A stretch of 64,000 bases of DNA from positions 81,282,001-81,346,000 of the forward strand of contig NC_092355.1 of assembly GCF_963676685.1 (NCBI RefSeq), read 5' to 3'. This DNA comes from Mytilus edulis (lineage: Eukaryota). Shown in pieces: positions 49,816 through 60,355 of this stretch. Numbering within the stretch: the stretch's first letter is position 1; each line of letters starts with the position of its first letter. The notes below the pieces were generated by a model. That model was not told the origin of the DNA. It saw only the letters and a list, made by a program, of their open reading frames with translations, and ran no database searches. The translations under genes were made by a program, and so were the position numbers.

Positions 49816-50041
49816 GAGGGCCCTCATGGGGTTTTTGATTATGTGATTACTTGGCCGTTTTTTTTAATGATTATTTGATTATTAAGCCAAATATTTCATG
49901 ATTATTTGATTACCTAGGACTGTATTTTTAGTTTATGATTATTTGATTACTAAAGATAAGCAAATATTTAATGATTATGTGATTATATTGGCAAAAAAAT
50001 GGTGATTATGTGATTACTAGGACCCCCCCATGAGGGGCCTC
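49816..50041. mobile_element. Sola-like MITE with internal TGATTA repeats
   Basis: TIRs gagggccctcatgggg / ccccatgaggggcctc, flanked by tatata on both sides; internal ~9-bp tgattattt/tgattatg iterations. Confidence 0.8.
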
Positions 50042-50494
50042 TATATAGCAACATCGATGTAACACCGTATGGAGGTGCGCCTGAGAGAGGCGGAATCTAC
50101 AGATTAAGTAACATGTAAAACGCCTGTAATCATCGGACATGCTTCCTTCCCCATACCAGGCGTTACCATTCCAATATTTTGATTACAGATTATCTTTTTC
50201 TTATTTTTGGTAAGCAGTCAATCACATCTGAAATACAAAGTCTAGAATGTTAGACAAACATCCACACACCCACACGCACTTATTAACACACAAACTAAAT
50301 TACTATGGGATACAGTGGAAAACAAATGCATGGATACAGGCAAGGGCGTTAGAAAGAAACGATGCTCAAGCAACAACTACAGAGCGAGACCCTTTTATAC
50401 AGAAAAATAGTTTTTATTCCGGTTTTCGGTCATAGGACGGTTAAAAGAGGTGCTATATGTAGTAGGAACTTATAACAAAATTATGATTGTATAA

Positions 50495-50777
50495 GGCAGC
50501 AACCATTTGATTTTCTGGGGGGGGCTATGGTTTTTTTTTCTGTACAAACTTTTTTTTTCGCCTGCGGCGAAAAACAATCTATTTTTTTCGCGACAAGTCG
50601 AAAACAATTTTTTTCTTTCAATTTTAGCATTACATATAGTGGCAGTTGGGGGTGAAACAAACAAATTTTTTTTCTCAGAATCAAAAACAAATTATTTTTT
50701 TCTCCAAAAACTGGAAACAAACTTTTTTTTCCAAAAAAAACCATAGCCCCCCCCCAGAAAATCAAATGGTTGCTGCC
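50495..50777. mobile_element. PIF/Harbinger (Tourist-like) MITE
   Basis: ~45-bp TIR ggcagcaaccatttgattttctgggggggggctatggttttttt; TAA target duplication at 50492-50494 and 50778-50780. Confidence 0.9.
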
Positions 50778-51516
50778 TAACTATAAATCTTCTGAATAGA
50801 GTAATATTACTTAAACAACACATGATACAGAATTTACTCAAAATCGTTAAAATTCTGATCTTTGGGTCTAGGCAGAAACAAACTTCTCTATTACTTTGTC
50901 AATATTCACACTGAAATACCGATGAACATGATGAATATGCAGTAATGCTAGTAACTGCACGTTGTTGTTTATTGTTGGTTGTACGTTTGTTTTCAACATA
51001 CCTATAGTCGCAGTCAGCTGAAATTCGTAGCGGTTATTGGTAAAAAATTTCTAAACTACCAACCGCGTTCACTGGAGATATAGTTTTTCTCATTCCATTA
51101 AAAAATCGCAAAAATAAAAACCACTACTGACCTAAAAAAAAAAGGACCTTCATCAGAGGCAGAATAATGTCAAAATGTTACCGTAAAATGTCAAAAAGTT
51201 TACTGTATTAAACATGTACATTAGCTAAATATAGATAACTGTAACCATGGGAAATCCCACTGGGATTTTTGCCTGAAAGGATAACTGAACCTGTTTAGAT
51301 ATCAACCAGATATATATTCGTCCACTGGATAACATGTTGATCCGCCAGTTAACTCTGAACCGCTGGTGAACTCTGAACTGCCGGATTACTCAATGGGCAG
51401 TTAATCTGAACCGCCGGTTAACTCAACGGGCTGTTAATCTGAAACTCAAACGCCGGTTTACTAAACCGCCGGTTACCATATCTATATAAATAGGGTGCAA
51501 ACATTAATCCACCAAT

Positions 51517-51561
51517 CTGCATCTGATAAAGGTCCTTTTTGGACCGAAACCGGTCAGGCTG
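51517..51561 (+). ncRNA. Degenerate minimal type I hammerhead ribozyme motif (Penelope-like element relic)
   Basis: CTGATAA-a-ggtcc-ttttt-ggacc-GAAAC-cg-GTC. Core CUGAUGA has G>A and stem I is mismatched; preceded by TATATAAA (51483) and a GC-rich short repeat (51340-51477). Confidence 0.55.
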
Positions 51562-52199
51562 TAAAACATCACCAGGCGCTGTTAATTATGTGTATTGGTA
51601 TACATGTATATATATTTTTATGCTTTTACCTTTTTTCTCACTGATACACATAGTTAATATGGCTTCTACTAACAAAAGCTCCATTTGGAGTTATTGTGTT
51701 TAGAGACTAGTTATGACAGTACACTTTTCCTATATTGCCAAAAGAAAGATAATTAATTTATACCCAATAACCATTTTGGCAGGCATTTTAGTTATGATTT
51801 TTCACACACAGCGATTAAAAAGTAAACCAAAGGTACTAAAAATAGGAGACAACAAAAGTTACACAGCTAAACACAAAATATAAAAACATATTCTAAAGCT
51901 TTTATATAACATGTATAACTTGTGATAGTACATGTAGGCAACCTTTGTTGATTGGTTGTAGCACATACATGTACATTTGCATGGGTTGTCATTGAAACAC
52001 TATTACTGAAAAGACGACAAAAGTTACACAGCTAAACACAAAATATACATGATATTAAAACATATATATATATTCTAAAACTTTTATATAACTTGTGAAA
52101 ATAAGTAGGCAACCCTTTTTGTTGATCGGTTGTTGAATGTGCATTTCACTAAAAATCTCCTTGTAGATACTGTTATAGTATTAAGAATCCAATCCCACA

Positions 52200-52828
52200 A
52201 AACATAGAGAATACAGAATAAAACAGTGCTAAAAATAGAGAATACAGAATAAAACAGTGCTAAAAATAGAGAATACAGAATAAAACTGCTAAAAATAGAG
52301 AATACAGAATAAAACTGCTAAAAATAGAGAATACAGAATAAAACTGCAAAAAAAAGAGAATACAGAATGAAGCAGTGCTAAAATAGAGAATACAGAATAA
52401 AACAGTGCTAAAATAGAGAATAAAACAGTGCTAAAAATAGAGAATACAAAATAAAACAGTGCAAAATATAAACTACAGAATAAAACTGCTAAAAATAGAA
52501 GATACAGAATAAAACAGTGCTAAAATAGAGAATACAGAATAAAACAATGCTAAAAATAGAGAATACAGATTAAAACAGTGCTAAAATAGAGAATACAGAA
52601 TAAAATAGTGCTAAAATAGAGAATACAGAATAAATCAGTGCAAAAAATAGAGAATACAGAATAAAACAGTGCTAAAATAGAGAATACAGAATAAAACAGT
52701 GCTAAAATAGAGAATACAGAATAAATCAGTGCAAAAAATAGAGAATACAGAATAAAACAGTGCTAAAATAGAGAATACAGAATAAAACAGTGCTAAAATA
52801 GAGAATACAGAATAAAACAGTGCTAAAA
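52200..52828 (+). repeat. ~30-bp A-rich minisatellite (aaaatagagaatacagaataaaacagtgct)n, ~20 copies
   Basis: Directly visible tandem repeat. Confidence 0.97.
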
Positions 52829-52867
52829 TGTATCAAAAATAATAAATGGATAAGGAAAACATATTCC

Positions 52868-53290
52868 ATCTGATGAGTTAAGCCTTTTTCAACTGATTTT
52901 TATAGTTTGTTCTTATGTTGTACTGTTATACCACAGTCCCAGGTTAGGGGAGGGTTGGGATCCCGCTAACATTGTTGAACTGGCCTCATTATCTATGTAC
53001 ATGAATGTGCCTGTCCCAAGTCAGGAGCCTGTAATTCAGTGGTTGTCGTTTGTTTAAGTGTAACATATATTTGTTTTTCGTTCATTTTTTTATATAAATA
53101 AGGCCGTTAGTTTTCTCGTTTGAAGTTTTACATTGTCTTATCGGGGCCTGTTATAACTGACTATGCGGTATGGGCTTTGCTCATTGTTGAAGGCCGTACG
53201 CTGACCTATAGCTGTTAATGTTTGTTTCATTTTGGTCTTTTGTGGATAGTTGTCTCATTGGCAATCATACCACATCTTCTTTTTTATATA
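52868..53290 (+). mobile_element. Abundant bivalve SINE (Meta/MESC-like central domain; family name from recognition only)
   Basis: gagggttgggatcccgctaac...tgtgcctgtcccaagtcaggagcct core and ...tctcattggcaatcataccacatcttcttttt tail. Related fragments occur at 55-150 (each unit), 45935-46172 and 57755-57795. Confidence 0.7.
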
Positions 53291-53366
53291 GATAACTTAT
53301 CATGATTAAAAGTATGCTAAGTAATGATGAAAATTTTATTTAATTTTCAGCTGAGACAATAATAAG

Positions 53367-53411
53367 ATGCCAGATTCAATTCAGAAATGTTGGGATGGAT
53401 TAAAGAAAAAG
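53367..53411 (+). CDS. C2H2 zinc-finger gene, first coding exon (MPDSIQKCWDGLKKK)
   Basis: ttttcag acceptor at 53350, ATG 53367, AG|gtatca phase-0 donor that joins in frame with 55267. Confidence 0.6.
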
Positions 53412-53469
53412 GTATCAAGTATAGAATTATGGTTAATATAAAAATAATTAAAATTGTCCAAATTACGTT

Positions 53470-53838
53470 CTTTGTCTGGCCTGCGACGAAAGTCTCAATG
53501 CGAGACATAGGGATTTCTTTTCCAACAACTGTGTAAAATATTATTAAAGTTTTGAGATTAGGACAGTTTCTCAGAAACTGTTTATGGTAGGCCACTGATA
53601 TTTGGTCTATGGTTTTATATGGTAGGTATACATGTCAAACACCTTTCACCAGACATTAACATCATTTCTTGGTTCACTGAACAGATGAACTTTTTGAGAC
53701 AAATTCTGTTTCTCAGTAACATGTAGTAAGTTACTTTACGTGACTTTTTTGCATTAAGATACTATAAGCAGTATATAATCTATAATATGTGTATGTAATT
53801 ATTTAAAAAGGCAAGACATTCCATTGTATTTACTCTTT
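53470..53838. mobile_element. Degenerate Helentron-like non-autonomous element (intronic)
   Basis: tttgtctggcctgcgacgaaagtctcaatgcgagacatagg start with subterminal hairpin; aggcaagacat near the other end. Confidence 0.45.
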
Positions 53839-53903
53839 AAGTTGTTTTGAATATTAATAATTTAAAACCACGGTTTTTATCTAACGTTGTCAAAGGTTGA
53901 AAT

Positions 53904-54082
53904 TTTTGCCATTTTAGATAGATAATATACGTATAGTGTCTTGAAATATGAAATTTATTTGTATGAGGCTTAGAAACGGGAAAATGCGAGGTTCTACCGA
54001 GCCGAATACAAATAAATTTCATATTTCAAGACACTATACGTATATTGTCTAATTATAAACATATCTATCTAAAATGGCAAAA
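53904..54082. repeat. Long inverted repeat/foldback (about 60 bp of pairing)
   Basis: ttttgccattttagatagata / tatctatctaaaatggcaaaa, plus ~40-bp aatatacgtatagtgtcttgaaatatgaaatttatttgtat and its reverse complement around a ~40-nt loop. Confidence 0.9.
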
Positions 54083-54691
54083 TGAAAAAAATATATATAA
54101 CAAAAATTGTTAAAAAACAGTGTTTGGAATTTCCCTCTTGAGGTACCATTTTGGGGTATTTCCCTATGAGTGTAGTGCAGGCGATAAGACATTGACATAT
54201 TAAGGAATTAGAAAGGGAAAATGAACTTAATTAATAATATTTGATAATCATGGTATATAAATAACCAATTTGAAGACATAAAAGTTTGACCATTGTTACT
54301 TAACGTTGTCATGGTCGTGTTGTGACGTTGTTAATGAATTACAATAAGGAGGCGGGGTTTATAGGTTAGTTGGGGTCATTGACGTATAAAGCTAACGTTT
54401 ATACGTATAGCTTTATCTGTATAGTAAAATAGCTGATTGCAGTATAATATTATTTTGGACTTGTATTATGTTTGACTTCGGGTTTACATAATATGTTCAT
54501 CCTATTTTGACTATTAATATTACAGATTCAATCTTAATAAAGGAAAACTTATATGTCCTTCCAAATACTGATTCAATTCCTAACATCACTTAAAAGACAT
54601 TTATTGTCTAAATCCAGATATGGTGTTACAATTTGTACACCTCATGTATGTGGTATACATGGTATATATACCATCTTTTCGGCAGATTAGT

Positions 54692-55155
54692 AACAAGTGA
54701 AACTGCCAGCTACTGCTCACTGATGATACCCCCGCCGCAAGTGGATAATATTAATAGTGTAAAAATATGCAAGTGTTCGGTAAACAGGAAGTTGTCGAGT
54801 GATGAATCTGAAAACGCATCACACAGTATAGGTGACTTATATAAATCCTGAAACCAAATTTCAGAAATCCTTGTATTGTAGTTCCTGAGAAAAATGTGAC
54901 AAAAATTTTCAACTTGGCTATCATGTGTAAAATCATACAAGTGTTCGGTAAACAGGAAGTTGTCAAGTGATCAATCTGAAAACGCATCACACGGTATAGC
55001 TGACTTAGATAAACCATGAAACCAAATTACAGAAATCCTTGTATAGTAGTTCCTGAGAAAAATATTCATGGGACGGACAGACTGACTGACGGACTGATGG
55101 AAGGACAGACAGAGGTAAAACAGTATACCCCCCCTTTTTTAAAGCGGGGGTATAA
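54692..55155. mobile_element. Non-autonomous Helentron-like (HINE) element
   Basis: aacaagtg start, two ~168-bp internal repeats, GGAC/GACT microsatellite, terminal palindrome tatacccc...gggggtata. Confidence 0.78.
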
Positions 55156-55266
55156 TTAAGATCCATTTTGTAACATTAGGTGTTCTATTTATTGTCAATC
55201 GCCAAGGCTGTCAGCAGTGTGTTGTTCAACATGCTACACCATTAACATTCTTTGTTTTTTTTCAAG

Positions 55267-55345
55267 GTGTTGGAGTTTGATCAGAAATACCCAACAGCCC
55301 ATGTGATTTGTCTTGCCTGGATAGATAACAGTATCGTTTGTGAAG
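55267..55345 (+). CDS. C2H2 zinc-finger gene, exon (VLEFDQKYPTAHVICLAWIDNSIVCE)
   Basis: Polypyrimidine + caag acceptor, open frame, AG|gtaata phase-1 donor. Confidence 0.7.
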
Positions 55346-55463
55346 GTAATAAGTTAATACTGTGTGAGTTGTGAAGGTAAAGGGGGTCATTACAGTTTGA
55401 AATCATCTCTAGCTATAGACAAAGGGATTATTACAGTTTGACATCATCTCTATCAAAATGCAG

Positions 55464-56529
55464 TTTTTATACGCTCGTCTTTTAGACGGGACGTATTATG
55501 GTATACTGTTGTCCGTCTGTCAGTCCGTCCACAGTTTGGTCAATAACTCAAAAACACTTTCACCAATTTCCATGAAACTTAAGTGAATTGTTTATATCTA
55601 TTGATGTAAGCTCCCTTTCTTTTTTTTTAATTTAGATTTTAAGTTTTGTATTTATGGGGCTTTATTCATAAAAAAAGGGGGGATTTTCAACATTTCGGAC
55701 AATAACTCAAAAAGGTTTTCACCAATGTCCATGAAACTTTGGTGAATTGTTTATATCTATTGATGTAAGCTCTCTTACGTTTGTTTTTAATTTCAGATTT
55801 TAAGTTTTGGATTTATGGGGCTTTATTCATAAAAAAGGGGGGATTTTCAACACTTCGGACAATAACTCGAAAAGGCTTTCACCAATGTCCATGAAACTTT
55901 GGTGAATTGTTTATATCTATTGATGTAAGCTCCCTTTCAATTTTTATAAATTTCGGATTTTAAGTTTTGGATTTATGGGGCTTTATTCATAAAAAAGGGG
56001 GATTTTTAACACCTCGGACAATAACTCAAAAAGGCTTTCACCAATGTCCATGAAACTTTGGTGAATTGTTTATATCTATTGATGTAAGCTCCCTTTGAAT
56101 TTTTATAAATTTCGGATTTTAAGTTTTGGATTTATGGGGCTTTATTCATAAAAAAGGGGGATTTTTAACACCTCGGACAATAACTCAAAAAGACTTTCAC
56201 CAATGTCCATGAAACTTTGGTGAATTGTTTATATCCATTGGTGTAAGCTCCCTTTCAATTTTTATGAATTTCAGATTTAACATTTCCGTGTTATGAATTT
56301 TTATGCTTAAAAAAGGGGGATTTTCCAATTATGCAACTTTGATGAATTGTTTATATCTATTGAACTTAATAGTGCCAATTTTTTTGTGCATTTTTATTTA
56401 TTATTTGGGGGGGGGGACATTTGACAGGGCTCACACTATTTCTAGTTGATCATATAAATTCATTTAAAGCATAAAAGACAAGTTTAAAGAGCAACAGGCG
56501 TATCATGCGCTAAAGCGCAGCCCTTTATT
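55464..56529. mobile_element. Helentron-like element with five ~159-bp internal tandem repeats
   Basis: Terminal hairpins cgtct-ttt-agacg and tgcgct-aa-agcgca, GTCC microsatellite; caataactc repeats at 55541, 55700, 55860, 56019, 56178; inserted in a T run. Confidence 0.8.
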
Positions 56530-57070
56530 GGTTTATAACTCAAAAAATGAAGCATTTACTTTAAAGCAAATCTGAAGGGGTTGACATGTTTATCAGGTCA
56601 AGATCTATCTGCCCTGAAATTTTCAGATGGATTGGACAACATGTTGTTGGGTTGCTGCCCCCAATTGGTAATTTTAAGGAAATTTTGTCGTTTTTTATTA
56701 ATATCTTGAATATTATTATAGACAGAGATAAAGTGTTAACAGCAATAATGTACAGCAAAGTAAGATCTAAAAAAGACAACATGACCAAAATGGTCAATAA
56801 ACCACCTAAGGAGTTATTGTCCTTTATAGTCAATTTTTAACAATTTTCATAAAAATGTAAATTTTTACTAAGATTTTCCACTGAAATTTACTGGGCCAAG
56901 TTCATTGTAGATAGAGATAATTGTAAGCAGCAAGAAGTTCAGTAAAGTAAGATGAACAAACACATCACCATTACCAAAACACAATTTTGTCATGTATTCA
57001 TCTGCTTCCTTTGTTTAATATTCACATTTAGACCAAGGTGAGCGACACAGCCTCTTTAGAGCCTCTAGTT
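56530..57070. mobile_element. Partial copy of the Helentron-like family at 60351-61626
   Basis: High similarity to 61090-61626, with the same ccaaggtgagcgacacag...tctttagagcctctagtt end. Confidence 0.8.
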
Positions 57071-57144
57071 AGATTATTCTTTAATATTTGTCTAAACAGC
57101 AATTTCAATCAAGTTTAATTTTAAGTTTGCTTCATACATTGCAG

Positions 57145-57291
57145 GTAGTGATAAAATTAAAAAGACGTCACTAGAACCAATAAAGGAGAAATACAAGAAC
57201 CGTCTAGCAGTGTGTACCTCTGCACCTGTTACACCTCGTCATGAGAACCCTCTAGCAGTGTGTACCTCTCCACCTTTTACAATTCCTCAAG
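57145..57291 (+). CDS. C2H2 zinc-finger gene, exon (phase 1-1, 147 nt)
   Basis: attgcag acceptor, open frame SDKIKKTSLEP...PFTIPQ, AG|gtaaga donor; contains a short internal duplication (LAVCTS twice). Confidence 0.75.
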
Positions 57292-58170
57292 GTAAGACCA
57301 AACAACATCAATGTGTATAATGATTTTCCAACAATTCTAATTATACCCCATGCATTACAGTTGTGGAGGGTATAACGTTTATCAACATTCCAAATTTAAT
57401 AAGACTAACCATAACTATGGATGGAAGTGATAATAAGAAAAAGGAGAGCAAGGGAGACAACTCTTTAAGTCAATTATACGTTTGTAAAAGTCAAGTTTCA
57501 TCAATGTATTTTAAGCATTTACCTGAAACGGATTGGAAATAGTCTATGTTACCTTGAAGCTTAGAATACATTTATGAAAATGGTTGACACAAACGTACTG
57601 ATGATTTTAAGAGTTATTTCCCTTAATCAAGGTCTACCTCCTTAAGAAAGTTATTAGAATTTCAAAAACTTTTCCACAAAGTGAATATTTGTGGACCTGC
57701 CCCCTCTGTTGATGGAATGTAAGATCGCTATGTTTCGATAAAAGTCTAAGGCTCAAAAAAAGGAAGATGTGGTTTGATTGCCATCGAGACAACTCAATAA
57801 ATCTCTCATTGCTCCTGTTTTCTAACATACAAAAGTTGGAGATCATAAGGCTGTTTCAAATATTAACACATGGTGAGGGAGTGTTTTTTCCCCATAGAAT
57901 TTGTTAGAATTGTATGTAAAATATCAAATTTTATTTAAAGGTTGGTGGAGTCTAAAAACAATGCTTCTCTTCTAAACTTGCATTTAATTCTGAAACACAC
58001 CTATTGAAACAATTTGACATCGTAATTTTGTTTTGCTGAACAATGAAATATCAGCTTTGGCAATGTTTAACTTTATTGAAAAGTTGCCGCAATCTCATTG
58101 GTCAAGTGGAGCAAACCTACAGGGTCAATTAAAAATAAGACAAAATGAAGTTAAAGTTGGATATTTACGT

Positions 58171-58835
58171 TTTTTTCTAGCTTGACAGAGTCATAAAGTG
58201 AGACCTAGGTATGCTGTTTCCAGCTTTGGCGACGGCGGCGTCAACAATGTATTAGTTAATGATTAGGTCTAGTTTATGGTGAACTACTAGTGATAAGTCA
58301 AAGATAATTGGTATGCAGTTGTATAAGTATTGGCACATCTCATTACCATGGAGATTATTTGACCCCGCCCCCTCAGTTATGGTATATTGACTTTGAAACT
58401 TTTGGTTAGTTTTCATGTATTAGTTTGTGATTAGGTCAGTTGATGGGGAACCAGTAGTGGTAGGTCAATGATACTTTGTATGCAGTTGTATTAACATTGG
58501 CACCTCTCATTACCATGGAATTTTTTTACCCTTCCCCTCAGTTATGGTTCATTGACTTTGAAATTTTGCTTAGTTTACTTGTATTAATTTGTGGTAAGGT
58601 TTGTTTAAAGAGAACTACTTATGATATAAAGTCAATGGTATTTAGTATGCAGCTGTATTAGCATTGGCAAATCTCATTTCCATGGAGATTGTTTAGCCAT
58701 GTACTTCCAGTCATAGTTCATTGACTTTGAATATTTGCTAAACTTACATGTTAAAGTGTTGCTATTTTTTATTTCAACATTTGCATTATTGAAATTATAA
58801 AAAAGCGAGACATATTTCTGTAATAACAGTTTATT
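58171..58835. mobile_element. Helentron-like element with ~160-bp internal repeats
   Basis: T-run start, GGC microsatellite, three degenerate copies of gtatgcagttgtat..cattggcacatctcatt.ccatgga, gcgagacata near the end. Confidence 0.6.
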
Positions 58836-58880
58836 ATGTTTGCTGTTATGGTCATTAATTATTTTTTCTTTTCTATTAAG

Positions 58881-59591
58881 GTACCAAAGGTAAAGATGTA
58901 GCTTCAGCCAATCTACCTGTTCTGCAGTTGACGCTACAGGTTGTAAATGCTCCAGCTACGAATAATGTTGACACTAATGACAAACAGACACATGATAAAA
59001 GTAACACCCCTGCTGTGGCACAGTTAAGTTTATCTGCTCTGAATACTTCAACATTATTTTCCAAGGAGAAGCCTGATGATCCAAAAATCATTTCTTCCGC
59101 ACCAAGTCCAGTGGGTGTAAATAAATCACCGATGCCATGCATAGTGCAGTTAAAACATCTAGCTGCTAATACTTCAACAATAAAAACAAGAGGCAGAACA
59201 GAAAAGGAGAAATATAATCAAAAGAAACATTGTGTTCCGATGGTGACACGGTCATGTAAATCTAATGGAAAACGTTCAACTGTCCAACCTACAGTAGGTA
59301 ATGTCAAGGATAAAAACGACACAGAGACTTATGGACAAATGAAAAATTCACCTACTTTGTCAACTATATCAGATGGGGAGTGTTCATCCACCAAAGATCC
59401 AGGAATTGGTACCAAGGAGAAATATACTCCAACAAAACCAATTGCAGTTATAAGCCAGTCAAGTCCATCTAGTTCAAATAACTCAGATCCTGATATTATC
59501 ATACCTCTTGAGTCTATTAAAACTGAAAGCATTTTGGAAACCAGTCTTTCTGACGAATACGATTCAGCTGTTGACAGTGAAGAGTTGTCCA
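58881..59591 (+). CDS. C2H2 zinc-finger gene, large S/T/K/P-rich exon (phase 1-1, 711 nt)
   Basis: ttttctattaag acceptor, in frame with ORF 58928-59599, A|gtaagt donor at 59592. Confidence 0.8.
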
Positions 59592-59979
59592 GTAAGTAGT
59601 CTCAACCATTTCTATAAATATGCATGCACAGTTTTGAAATAATATGTCTAATATGTTTAGTGAAAAGCTACAGCATGTTTGCAGGTAACAACTGGCAAGA
59701 CACTGGCGGTGTGTTAAAAGGGTTTATTTCCAATGGGGTCCTTTTAGTGAAAAATACATCTTACATATCGATAAAAAAATAAGCAACATGGCATTAAATT
59801 TATAATTTGTAATAGTATCAAAACAACAAATATAATGCATAATAGAGATGGGTCATTGTGTACATATACCAAGAGGAAACTTTGTGAAGAGCTTTAATAT
59901 TTATCGTTCCATTGTGTTCGAGAGAAAAAGTGGACATTGTGGCAAATAGATCAATATTTTTAAAGTAAACCCACAGTCT

Positions 59980-60355
59980 GTCATCCTCTTCAACTTCGTA
60001 CTTTGGACTTTTTAACATTTTTTTTATTCAAGCGTCACTGATGAGTCTTTTGTAGACGAAACATGTGTCTGGTGTAAATATAAAATTTCAATCCTGGTTT
60101 CTGTGATGAGTTTATTTACAACCACTGGGTCGATGACACTGCTGGTGGAGTTTTAATACCCAATAGTCAGCACTTCTGTGTTGACATGAGTTATCATTGA
60201 TATGTTCATAAATATAAATTAACTGTTAACAAAACTTTGAATTTCTGTAATACTAAGGCTTTTCTACCTCAGGAATAGATTACGTTGCTGTTTTTGGCAA
60301 AACTGAATGTTTGGTTCTCAATGCTCTTCAACTTTGTACTTTATTTGGCTTTTTT
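59980..60355 (+). mobile_element. Retrozyme-like monomer (~340 bp) containing a type I hammerhead ribozyme
   Basis: ctcttcaactt.gtactt repeated at ~59986 and ~60324, giving a monomer of ~340 bp; hammerhead at 60032-60075. Confidence 0.72.
60032..60075 (+). ncRNA. Type I hammerhead ribozyme
   Basis: gcgtca-CTGATGA-gtct-tttgt-agac-GAAA-c-atgt-GTC|tggtgt: intact catalytic core, 4-bp stem II, minimal stem III, stem I with G-U pairs; predicted cut after C60069. Confidence 0.82.

Noticed and set aside
50060-50215. Possible promoter and non-coding first exon of the zinc-finger gene (donor ttttg|gtaagc at ~50210)
   Set aside because: Plausible but supported only by one donor motif and mild GC richness; needs transcript data.
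52868-52900. CTGATGAG as a third hammerhead
   Set aside because: No stem II followed by GAAA; it is part of the SINE.
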